Shown here: positions 49,266-62,100 of the stretch, piece by piece
Numbering within the stretch: the first letter of the stretch is position 1
How the letters are laid out: the number at the start of each line of letters is the position of its first letter
DNA from: Styela clava
Taxonomy: Eukaryota
Direction of reading: 5' to 3'
Assembly: GCF_964204865.1 (NCBI RefSeq)
Contig: NC_135253.1
Coordinates: forward strand, 18,662,001-18,726,000
Length of the DNA stretch: 64,000 bases
Notes under the pieces: generated by a model
What the model saw: only the letters and a program-made list of their open reading frames with translations
Told to the model about the DNA's origin: nothing
The model's database searches: none
Made by a program: the position numbers and the translations under genes

Positions 49266-49630
49266 TACATTTGGAGAACAGAGAATAGAGTGGAATGAAA
49301 AATATATAACGAATATTCAACAGTGCATGAACAATGGATATTGTACAGAATATCGTATTTAACACAGAAAATTAAATTGTTTGAACCAAAATTGATAAAA
49401 TCATTTATGTGCGATGCTCCATATATATATTGAAAACTTGGTGATATTCGCAACGGGGATGGTCGATTGAAATACGATATAAATCAGTATATATAATATA
49501 TATATTTGTTTTTATCTCTTTTTTTTTCAGTATGTTTTTTCAACTGTTTATTGCTCACGTGTCATTAATAAAGTGTGATGCCGTCAAGTATATGCCTTTA
49601 TTGTTGAATTTAGGGGACATCGTTATGATC

Positions 49631-52600
49631 TTAACGAGGTTGACAAAAAACGCTGTACAAGAGTTTGGAGGGTTCTGCGTTTACCATTCCGTCGTCAGTA
49701 TCAATAATGTGCAAATAAATTGCTGTGAGATTTATATATTCCATTCCATTCCACCTATTATTTGGACGCCATTTTTCAAACTTTGAAGGAACTGGACAGG
49801 TGATTTTATCTTTCTGAAAGTAAATGTCCTTGGAATATAAATTTGAACATAAAATGCTGGGGAATTTCGGATACAGTGACGTGAATGATAACTTCTCATT
49901 CTTTAATAAATTTCTATACTCATGTTAGGTCTGCATATTGCAAAACACTACCATTTATAAATAACTGCTTTATTTTTAAGTGAAATTAGTACGTGCCATA
50001 TTCCAGCCCATTGCGGCGGTAACGACTAGAATCAAAAAGTTGAACGGACATCGATACTTAATCGAATATTAATGTTATATATAATATGAACTTCGGTGAC
50101 AACTCAGATTTACTCACAATTGGGGAAAACTCCATTCCTGTCCACATATTGATCCAGCCTTTCTGCTTTGTTATGAGTTGGCGGGTGGTATTTTTAAGAG
50201 CATTGTACAACTTATTGTCAGAAATTATACCGAGCTCTTGACTGATATTTTTGCACTTGGCCGAAGCTTGTGTGCGATTGAATGCACTTTCGCTGCTGCT
50301 CACCAGAATTGTATAGTTTTTTTCTGTATGTGGGTGACAGCAGACTAAATTAAATGAAACGTGTTCAATTGTGTGACGTCAATTCCTACTAGATAAGTTT
50401 CACACTAAAATCGAGCGAATCTGCTGACATGTGCCTTCAGTGTCAGTATTGATTAGTTTTTATTTTACGAATCGTAAATGTTTCTTTTTTGAAAAACTGC
50501 TGAACTTATTGGTTTAAAAGTCGTAAGAAATTTGAAACACCGGCAAGTCAAATCGTTTTGCTAACACCGGTTGTACTTTATTTATCATCGACATGAACAT
50601 ACCTGGTGACAATCATGCGTTATGTATATATTTCTCTTATGTCGACATAAGCCAAAACCATATGAATAATAATAATCAGCGAACCACTTTTCAAATATAT
50701 GAACACGGAGACAAAGTAACACGTAAGCTGGTTCCAATAATTACTATAAAACAGCACAATTCAGTATGTGATATCGCGCCTTATGGGACCTTGCCATTTC
50801 TTAGTAGGCTATAATCGAAATCAATTGGTCCAATAATTGCAAGGAAATGTGATTTTTCACAACCAAACCAACAACAACAATATGTAAAACAATCCATAGG
50901 TCCACTATGCGTCCAATAATAAAATTTGCTTAGCTTGTAGTAGTTTTGAATTAAATAAAAATAAAGCACTTACAGAAATTGTATTGATCATCTGGATACG
51001 ACTTCGATATTTTTTTTTTCGGTTTGTATGTGGTTTGCGGATGTGGCAAGTCTTCCCAAGCTGCGATCACTTTGCTGTTTTCTTCCTGTTCGCTTTTAAT
51101 TACGCTCGTTGTAATGTCATCGTCGCTATAGAATGTTGTAGTTATGGAAACCTGATTTCCGGGGAAACGCTCTAGCAATAAGCTGATTCTCTCTTCCATT
51201 TTCCGCCTCAAATCTAAGCAATTTACAACATTGTAACAATGGAACAAAGTAATTTTCCCACTAGTGCGCCCGAAGATTAACATAATTGTATTAAACATAC
51301 CTAATATATGATTGAATATTTTACATGTTGTAATTAATAAATGTTTTATTGTTTTTTATTTGAAATGCTGTGTATATAATATGATCAATATATTCATTTG
51401 AACTCTTTATGTCGTTTTCTGCGTAGTGTCTGCCTCTGTTGTTACGTAACAATAGAGGTGTACACTACTTTCGCAATTTCCTGAGATGCAGTTTATTTAT
51501 TTGCTGAACCGAAATTGGCAAACACAAGTGATTTTTATGGTATTTCAAAGGGAAATGAGTCAGCTTTGAGAAGGAAAATTTGACCTTTTGCATTTATTCC
51601 TTAGGCCTATTTCCATGTTTACAAACAAAAGGCGTAAGGTACACATTAACGATCATAAAATTGAGTTTCATTTAAAGGCAGTTTGGGAACCGCTGTTGTA
51701 ATGAAACTATTCCTTAAAAACTGTTTAAGTAAATTTTGCTTTGCAATAAAAAAAATTAGCATCACATTTGACTTCAAAATATTAGGCTTTCAACTTTTTT
51801 CACGGCTACGTATTTCGACAAAAATATTTCTCACCATCCAGATTATCTCCCTGTTGAAATAAAATCAGAACAGTTTGAAAATGATAATATACGACATAAT
51901 ACTAGATGAATACTAGGTCTTATTTCAATGTTGAAAATTTGAATGGGGCAAAGTTTTTATAATGATATGACAAGACATAAGGAGTTAGAATTTTGTATAT
52001 TCCACAATTGAACCTAGACGAGACCTGTAATATACGCAATTAATTCTCAACTGAAGCAGTATTTGAGCAGAAAGGTCGAATCTAGTATCTAGAATCTATA
52101 TGCTATAGAATTGCCGCTACAAGGAATATTGTAAAAAAGGCCGTGGGTAAGCTTTTAGGTCAGGACTTCCCAACGGGGTCTACAGCGCGATTACATGGGG
52201 TCCGCAGATAAAGTGCGAATTATATTAAAATAGGTACATTTTATAGTTGTTTCTCTTTTCATTTGTTGTTGGATAAACTGAAATAAACGAAAGAGCACTT
52301 GTTGTATTAGTGCTTAGATTAGTAAGTAGCATGCATTTGAACGATAATGCAGAAATGGCACTCCATAGTGAGTAAGGCTGCTAAGTATGACTGCTTACAA
52401 GTTTTCGATTCTTATCCGATTCCTAAATTTTCGATTCCGATTCTCGATTCCGAATCTCGATTCCGAAGCATATTTTACCGCGAAAACATACTCCCTTAAC
52501 CACAGTTACCACACCATGTGAAAAAACAAGTGAGCGATGTTCAAATATACGGGCGGACAAGAAGGCCAAAATTAAGTAGTATAAATGGGTATTTAATCTG

Positions 52601-54317
52601 TCATAGTATACAAAATCGCGCAAAAAAATGAATCCCTCAGAACCCACAAAGATTTTTTATTATATAAAAACAGATTTTAACATTATATATATAGGTATAT
52701 ATATATGTATAGTGAAATTCGCGGCGTCGTAGCAACTCAGCATAACAGTAAAGCAGTTTATACATATATGTTACACATTGCTACGTTACGTTACACATTG
52801 TTTGCAATCCGAGTTTTAATCTAAGAATTGATTCCAATGCATCGATTCTAATCGATTCCGCGGAGAATCGATTCTGTAATCGAATCCAGACTCGATTTCG
52901 CCATCCCTAATTAGTGAGTAACCTGACCCCACAGATCTCAATGCTTGTGAATAACTTCGAATAAAAATTCAGGGGTTCCACAGCGTAAAAAGGTTGGGAA
53001 GCCCTGTTTTAGGTCCACAAATAATTTCTCGTCCTACTCCAAATACTAACAAATGCTGGTTAAACATTACTCATATAAAACCGTACATTGTACATTGCTG
53101 CAAAAATAACTCACATGAATCTGAATCTCTTCGTCGTATGATTCATCGGAATTTTCACTTCCTTGTTCGAGTTTAATATTGACCGATATTGTGACTGCAA
53201 GAAACGTGTCATATGTTTAAGAAATATCTTCATTAACAGTGTTACAGACGTTTGAAATTTTTATGCGCCTCGTATGTACCGTATATACTCAATAATATGA
53301 CATTGGAAATATAATAACTGTGCACGATATCATGTATATTGTATATAATATAATTTTGCTCAATATGACGTGAGTGTGGTCAGCTGCTACTCTTGGTTTT
53401 AACAGGATGGTTACTATTGAGTGAGTATAAAAAGCCAAGAAAGCTAAAGTATATGGACGAGGAGGCCAAAAAGAAGTAGTAATCAGCAATTTATTTTTTC
53501 GCGATGCTGAAAGTACGACCTACAAACACAACTTGAAGAAAATAAAAAAAATATCGCATTCCAGGGTGAAACTGGTTATCGAGCGGCGGCAACCCTGGGG
53601 AAGTCTAATCTAACAGAACGTGATAAATAGGATAAAATCGAATTAAATATTTAAAAAAAAATTAAAGAAAAAAATCAATGGGTACTTAATGGCGAACTGG
53701 TTTATGCCAATCGCCGTAGTACGGGTATGCAATCTGTCACAGTGACTACCAGTGCAGCAGTGTTCACAACGCGCAATTTTTGATAACGTCATCACATACA
53801 AAAACGAATCCCACAGAAATTTTTGAAATAAATAGAAGTAATACATTTCTAGAAAAAATAAAATTTTCACCCGCTGAAAATTTTATAGCAATTTGTCCTG
53901 TAGTGAATCAGAAAAGCGATGTTTTCAGAACAAAATAGGAGTATCAACAAGAATAATAACAAGCACGACAAAAAGGTAATGACAAAACGATACGTATCGT
54001 TCACATATCATACATTTCTTGTCCAATAAATTATTATTATCGTCATAACTTATGCCGGTGTCCAACGAAGCGTCTCATTTTTGACAAGATTGTCCATATT
54101 GATCTTTTTGGTTAGTCTTTGTGAGATCATCAAATTTAAACGAATTTTAGTGCTCCATGAACTCAATATACATGGATTTGGACTTTTGAACCTCTGACCT
54201 TCGTCAAAGGCAGGCCCTGGCCTAAACTAAATTGCTAACCTAAACTAAACTCTTACCTGTTCCTCCGATAATGGATGCCCATCCAAACAACAATAACAGA
54301 TAACAGTGCACATTCAT
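49631..54317 (-). CDS. Secreted C-type lectin-like domain protein (6-exon model, 268 aa)
   Basis: Exons 54317-54257 (signal peptide MNVHCYLLLLFGWASIIGGT), 53194-53115, 51850-51835, 51213-50974, 50344-50118, 49813-49631, all GT-AG and in phase. CTLD pattern F..(A)...C....LG.I, MWTGM, W.P, GMVN..P....VFCQ. Confidence 0.7.
52161..53006. mobile_element. hAT (Charlie-like) element with a second hAT-like element (about 52373-52909) nested inside
   Basis: Outer TIR CAGGACTTCCCAAC / GTTGGGAAGCCCTG with TSD TTTTAGGT. The inner element has CGATTC arrays and a CCATCCCTA right end like 17374-18409. Confidence 0.8.
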
Positions 54318-56184
54318 TTTATCGTCTGAAAAAGTTTCTAAATACCTTTAGGTTAAATATTATGAAGCATTATATAAAATTCAAAGTTATGAGGTGTATA
54401 TATTTGCACGACACAAGAACACTCTGAAAAAATGTCCTGGGTAGTGTCAACCGCTTCATTTGAAGTCGGTCGTTTTCGCTCCTATTTTAAACATTATAAA
54501 TATACTGTATAAGAGAAACGTTCGCGTGAAGCTATTGTTCGAGAAGGGAAGTCTGCGATCTTTTTGATACTGCACAATGATACGTAGCACGTAATTCCTA
54601 AAAATGTCAGTTGCGGTTTGCGCATGGATAATATTCACTACATGCAGTTCCGTTTATCTATGCGAAGACAGCAACAATGAATTTGGCGTAGGCCTACTCG
54701 TAAACAAACAAGGGTTTTTCAAATAAGGGCTCAATCATTCAATATTTTAAATAACTCAATTTTGTAAAAAGACGAAGCCACATTTCCCAATCGGGAAGAA
54801 ATTTTGTCGTTTTTGTGAAGGAATTTTGCTTTGTAAATATATCTTAGTTCTTTACTATTATTTCTTATGCGCGTAACATCAGATAAGCTTTCATTAAGAT
54901 TTTTCTTTACTTTATTTCACATGCGCGTAACGCCGGCTAAGGATCCATTAAAAATTGGTTCTATGCACGTCGAGCGAGAAATAAAACTCTGAAAATAGGC
55001 GAGTGCGGGAATTTAACGAAAAAGATTAGAAACCACCTGACTATAGTATTTCTTTTGTACAGAAGTTGATAAAATTCACAAGTGAATTCTAAGTTTGTCT
55101 TCGCACATTCGAAGAAATAATTATGCTAGACGGCTCGCGTAATGGCTGACCAGTTGCAGGTTTTCAAGTTAACTATTCCCATACCAGACATGGACTGGCA
55201 TCCAAAAAAAAAGACCGCGGTTTGTGATGCGACCAACTTTCCCGTTTTTAGGGGAGAAATGTAAAAATCCTAAGATCGTCAAAACAAAGGCTACTACACG
55301 TCGCACCGTACAACTAAGATCCCCCATCCCCACAAGACGCTTTACTTTCTGTATGAGGCAACCACGTCAATATATTATATTTAAATTCCTGCAACATAAA
55401 ACAGCAGTATATGCATCTGCATTTCTTTTCAAAAGCACTGAACAACGCAGGAAGTTGCTGAAACAACAAGGGGAATTTTCATACTCTACAGCAGCACAGA
55501 GATCAGAGACAGTCTGATGCCAAGCTACAAAAGTGGAAATTTAGTAGGAAATGATATTGGAAATTCCATTTTTAAAATGGAATGTTTGTTAAAAATGCAA
55601 ACATATTTATTACTCCATATAGGTTTTATCACAAGGTCCAATCTACTTGTTGTAAGTCAGCAACTTTTAACGCATTTTTCCAGATCACACAATGATAATT
55701 TATATCTGTAAACACCAACATAGTCAGAAATCATTCATATGATGCTGAGTAATTTCTGACTTTGAAATTTGGGCGAAGGCCCCACCAAAAGAAAAAAAAA
55801 TAAGCCCTTCTCTCTATAATATCTGTCAAAAATCCGGAATCACATTTGGCACAAAAAATTCTAGATAACATGACAACACCACTGATAGACATTTTTACAA
55901 TATAGAACAGAGAACAAATAAGATGCTGCAATAATAAAGGTATTTACTTTGTATAGATAGATTTATACTCTCACATTGTTAGGTAATCTAGGAGGGAAAC
56001 CCGATTGTCGATATTGAGTACTATTTGGAATCATTCAACTTATAAACAGAGCATAAAGTGTTATTATCCCTGTTTAATAGATTTGTTTTCATATTAAACA
56101 ATAACAAAAAACTTTCATTAAAGTGGACAAAATTTTAACTGCTTGGTCATCATTGAGGCAATAATCTTCTATCAATCGCAACAT

Positions 56185-59100
56185 TTATTTGAGAAGTGCA
56201 TGTACAATTGCTTTTGCATTCAAACTGCGTAAATCAGGATACGACTGACCAGTTCCAACGAACACTATTGGTTGACCAGTTGTATAGGTCATAGAAATAG
56301 CAGCTCCAACCTAGAAAAGAACATAACTACAGTTAAGACAAAAGGTAACTAAATATATTGAATAAAAAACTTAGTAGCAATGAATATGGCAATAGTTTGT
56401 TTGCATATTGTGGTGGTTGTGGCACAAATAGTCTGTCTTGTACATCCAGCCAACTTTTGATCAAGAATTTCCTGGAGCATTCATATAGCATTGAACTGCC
56501 TAGACATTTAAAAACAACACCATTGAAAGCAGCACGTATATTCCCTAATTTACTGCAGGACTTGCAAAATCAACTTCTTTGTTTATGGAACAGGAGCAGC
56601 TTTTGTACATTACTCTTATACCCGTACAAGATTGAGTACAGCTGTTCTTTGCAGAGCTGTAAACTAAGATCTATTCAATAATAGACTCCCCAACTCTCAC
56701 TCACACAAGTGGAACTGACTCTTGACTAAAGGTTGAAAGAAATTTTGATTCAGACCTCAACTCCGAATTCCAAAAAAAACAAATTTTGATAATCACCCTC
56801 GCGTCTCCTTCACCCTGAAATATGGCCTATCTATAATTTAATTTATTGCACTTGCATTTAATTTATTAACCACTGATTACTGATTACCTTAATATTATGG
56901 AATTTCCACTCCAGACTCTGAAGAATTCAAAATTCTGACTCTGGCTTAGACTACCGACTACCGGAAATTTAAAAATATGACTTCGCCTCAGACTTGAATA
57001 GCATTAAAAACATGCCAATCTCTGATTCAACAGCCCTGTTTTCGGCCATAGTAGTATTTGGATAAGGTACGAAGATAATTTTCGACGAAGGTATTAGTAA
57101 GAAACTCCAAGGGTACAACATAATTTTGTTTAATCTTACCTTATCATCAATAGTATCAAACTTAGTTAGTACAATCCCATCGATGAGTCTTGGATTTTGT
57201 ATCTGAGAGAAGTCAGCAAGAGCTTGATTGAATTTCACAAGTTGATCAACAGCTTCATTTCCAACTAGAGCTTCACCTGAAAAAAAAAAACTATCAGCTG
57301 AATGGCGAACTATATCGATTGCATAAAACTATCTACTATAGGCTATCAAATAGTATCAGTACTTAATTATTATATTTGTGTTTACTATTTGTTTAAATCA
57401 ACTATCTTTTAATGATTTATACAATAAACCACCACAATCACTCGAGGCAGAAATTTATAATTTTCAGTGATTACTGATGTGGTCTATTCTATATGGAATG
57501 GTTCCTCTTCCTTTTGCTCTTGATCGGGGTTATCTGAATACCCTGCTTTTATTCAGACTGAATTTTATGTCAACCCCCATCCACATGCTTCAAGATAACA
57601 GGTAAACTAGAATTCGGTTGGAAACCGAAGTCTTACCGATCGAAGGTTAGGGGATCCCCCAAAACAGTGGTCTTACTCCATAATGACACCGTGTGTCCCA
57701 TCACTAATTAATTAATACTTCGCTAATTATACGACATAATCCATCCAAAATCAATAGGCTTCTGATCTGAGCTATGATGAATGCACATACAAAATCTGCA
57801 GCAGATCCAATCTCACTTTCGTGAGATATCGCGTGCATCTAACACACAGACATACAGACAGACAAGTTCAAGATCGATAAGTAATAAGTTATCCTGGCGT
57901 ATCATTTCACATTGCCTTGTTAAGTGGGAAAGTCATGAAAAAACATCCAACACTCGAGTGTGGAGGTAAACAAGGTATTCACATGACTGCTTGCACATAG
58001 CCGTGTTCAGAGTAAGAATCGGATAAAAATTTGGACAATTAAACTCCACTTACCAACAAACAAAACGAGATCAGGAGAGTTGATTGCAATAAGTTTTGCA
58101 AGTGATCTCATCAAAGGTTCATTATCTTGCATTCTGCCTGCCGTATCAACCAACACAACATCGTAGCGCTGATCCCGAGCTTCAAGAAAAGAGTTTGAAA
58201 TTACCTATATTTATTATCGATTTCTGTTTGTGAAAATCTTGGCTTAAATATATATGCACTTCATAATCAGTGAAAAATTTATCTCACTCAGGGTTTTTCA
58301 AGACTTTGGTGGGTTACATGAACTAGACAAATCGCATTCTTCCGAAAATTAGCTTAAGTGTCATTTCACGACTGAATGTTTCCAGCTTTGTATACAACAA
58401 AACAAAAATATGATATGATAATTAGAAGCAAAATTTGTTATACAAATTTCCTAACGCCAGGGCCAAAAATTGTTGCCATATCTAAGTTTAGAATCAACGA
58501 TATTCCCATATTTTCCCAATGCAGCGTTTCAAACAATGTGAATTACAATAGCGATGATTCCTACAAAAATACATTATCACAGAGCCCCCAGGAATATGTT
58601 TCAAATAATTTTCATATATTATTCAGCTATAAAAACAAGTCTATATGTTAAAATCTATCCGTTTAGTGGCATTGCACATTGAGAAAACTTAATATGTTGG
58701 TTTCACGAATTGGGTAGGCAATAGCTAGGTAAAGGTCATACTACCAGATTATTTGAAATTTCTATAAAAATACATAGATGAGATATGACATACCAGCATT
58801 GATAGCTTGCATAGCTATTCCAGCAGCATCCTTCCCATAACCTTTTTCAAACAGAAAAACAGTTTTACTTCCTCCATGATTTTCAGCAGGATGAAGTGTA
58901 TTCAAACGTGCGACGTGAGTACGAAGTTGTTCTACTGCTCCAGCTCGGAATGTATCACAAGCAGCAATCAAGACTCGAAACCCGTTCTCAACCAACCAAA
59001 AACAGATCTAAATAAACAAAAATTCGTCATGAAAAAACAGTGAATTAGAGTAAATTAAGAAATATCACTGGTTTAAAGGAAATTAATTCGGCGCTCCAGA

Positions 59101-62100
59101 AGTATGTGTATCAATATGGAGGTAACTAATTTTGTTCGCCTAATTCACATCAAGTTGTGTAAAAGACTGAAACCTATGAACAGGGGGTATATATTCACTT
59201 GGCTAACACAGACAGTCCCCGAACTCGTAATATAACGAAAATAAGGGAAATCGGAATAAAATTATGGCCTAAATCTAACCTGGTACACATACTATGAGAG
59301 TACCATTAATTCTACCGATGAGAAACTGTTTTCAGTTCAGTGATAAAACATAAATCATCTTACAATTCATGGAGTATAAAAACAATATGTTACTCAGATT
59401 AACATCTGTTAAATCATAACGATATATTCACGAAATTCATAATGACTATAATTTGCAGCAGCAAAAATCCTTATATATATTTTTGACTTTCTCGTAGTAT
59501 TATTCCATATAATTTGATAAAGATCACAATTCGAATGCAGAAACCAAAATATTTCGAAATTGAATTAAATAATAATTTGGACACTTCCCAAACACATTTG
59601 GATAAACTACTACACATAAAGGTGTAATGAATTTAGTTACATGTAATTACCAGATTTAAATTTTGTTCTTTTTTTGGCATCCATAGTTCACATTAATAAA
59701 GTTTTATTGAGAGTCAAAACACTTCATTACCAAGCCCAACCCCTATCAACGCTAATTACCTTGGCAAGATTAGTGGATTTTCCAACACCATTGACTCCAC
59801 AAAAAGTAATAACATAAGGCCTCTTGCTTCTTTGAGCATCCAATACATCACGAAGAATATCAACTCTACGTTTTGGAGTCAAGATTTGAACCAAGGATTC
59901 ATTCAAACACTGCTTTACAGTTGATGCAACAGCTAAAAAAAGTATTATCATTTATAACGATACTTGAACAGGCAAAAATACTCGTGCGCAACGCATATTT
60001 TCTGAAACGGCCGCACTCCAGACATTTTGATAATTTTTATACAAATCTTTGGAAAAAAATTGAGTAGCCGCACAATGGAGAATAATAATCTTGATGTGGA
60101 ATCATAATTTTCGAACTATGAATTCCCAGGGAGTCACACTTTCGATAAATGAAGTCTTAATCCCCAAGCGAAAGCACCCAGTTAACAAAGCATTCTCAGT
60201 GAAACAGGAAAAGGATTACAGTGAAAAGGATTACATGCACCAATTTTTTTGTTTGTTTCAAAATCTCAGAATCCAGTCAAAATTTCTTTGGACTGGAGTT
60301 AAGGTCCAAAATATGTGTCAGAATCTGCCCCGACGCCATATTGCAAATTTGCAAAATTTTGCTACAAAAACACGTTTCAGAAAGATTAAAGCACACAGAA
60401 AAATCCCAACTGCGCTAATTCAATGAATAAATGTGCCTAAATTCTCTAACCAGAAGCAATATCTTATGTTCAAATTCCATGATTGAAAGAATCCAACATT
60501 TGAAATATATACAACTCACAGCTGAAAGTTCCTAACACTTTTCCTTCCAGTTTTCCAGCAACAGATAGACATAATTTATCAGCAATATCAGCAGCAACAT
60601 TCTTTCCAATCAAATGATCTCGCATTTTATCAAGAACAGGAGTCAGATTCTCTTTCGTTAGAGCTTTCGACCCAACCAGACCACGGAAGACACCAAACAT
60701 TCCGGAGGACTTTTTACTAAAAATACAGAAATTCAATTCAATTTAGTCGATGAAAGATTAAGACAAGACAGCAAATCTTAAATACATGGACACTAAGGTA
60801 CTAGCGTAGCAGTACCGGTATGGTAAACCCTCAGCCAAGGCCAAGGCAGCTGAAAAGATTGTATCAGGGATGACCAATACTATTTCTAAATAATAGAAAT
60901 ACAGGAAACTAAAGAAAACAATGCTGTGAAAGGGCAAATATTTGAATTCTGTTCAAACAAGTTTATGTGGAACTTTTTTTTAAAAACGTGACTTTCGTAT
61001 CATCCATTTCCAATAAAGAAATGCACTTTGACCCAACCTTTGAACTTCCTCTTCCTCATATTCATCTTCATCATCACTATCATCTTCATTTACTTCGAGA
61101 TCTTTTATTGCTCCACTTGCTGTTCCCACCATTGCAAGCTGTTCATATTTAAGAAAGAGATCGATAATTCAAAAAACTTAAAAGCTTGAAGATTAAATTT
61201 AGTTATTTGCCCTGGATTGGGGTAGTCATAAAGTTATGAGCAAATGAACAGAGGAAGCTAATGTTGCAAATTTTTGTATAAAGTCAGTAAGTCACAATGA
61301 TCAAATGTATGTTCTGCTAGAGTTTAAACCTAGCAAAATCTTTCGATACTAAACTATAGAGAAATTTCTGATAATAGTATGAAGACTTTAATCTGGAGTT
61401 GGCAGACTGGCTTACATCTTCAAAATCACTATTCTGTTTCCACAATTTAAAGCCCTGTTCGAGCATCTACTCTTTCAGAATAACCTATTCCAGGCACAGC
61501 TTTAATTTCAATGGCTACGTGCTACGTCGCCATTGGGCGTTTTTGCGTGACAGAAATAAACAACCAAAAACTTACTTCTACGTCCAATAATTCTTGCCGT
61601 TCATTGACAAGTGGTTGTTCTGAATCCCCATTTGTTTTACTGCTGTAATCATATGCTGCTTCATCCTTGGTTGTTCCTCCATTTTCCCACACTCTAGCTT
61701 TCTTGCCTTTAGGCTTAGGTTCGGATTTCTTTGGACTAAAATGCAGGGAAGACCAACATTGAATATGCTTATTATTTAATGAACGAGAAGTCCTTTCTCC
61801 TTGTTTACTTGCTACTTCGAATTCGTAAGTAGCATATGTCACAAGGATGTTTGATAGCATTATAAAGATAAATAAGAAAAGCATAATCTCTTCCATCGAA
61901 ATAGCATGTGAAATGTGACAGGACGAACCCCGCTGTTTTGATCTGATAAAAGTGCGCCTTCCAAAGTTGCCGATTATTGCATCTAGAATGACCACAGTTA
62001 CCACTTCGCTTACGAGACCAATTAAACCAAAACTGATTTAATGAGCCATTTGCAGTTTTGCTTTACGAGAACTCGTACTAGCATCTGCATAGCTTAATCT

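Noticed and set aside
50603-50743. 141-nt AG/GT-bounded segment as an extra lectin exon
   Set aside because: It has four stop codons in the phase-compatible frame.
50800-50920. Hydrophobic frame (LWIVLHIVVVGLVV) as a transmembrane exon making the lectin a type II receptor
   Set aside because: The segment is a copy of the GTCCAATAA-ending repeat, and the gene already has a signal-peptide exon and splices in phase without it.
53643-53870. CEHCCTGSHCD, resembling a Ly6/three-finger C-terminus
   Set aside because: It lies inside a dispersed repeat and I found no supporting exon structure.
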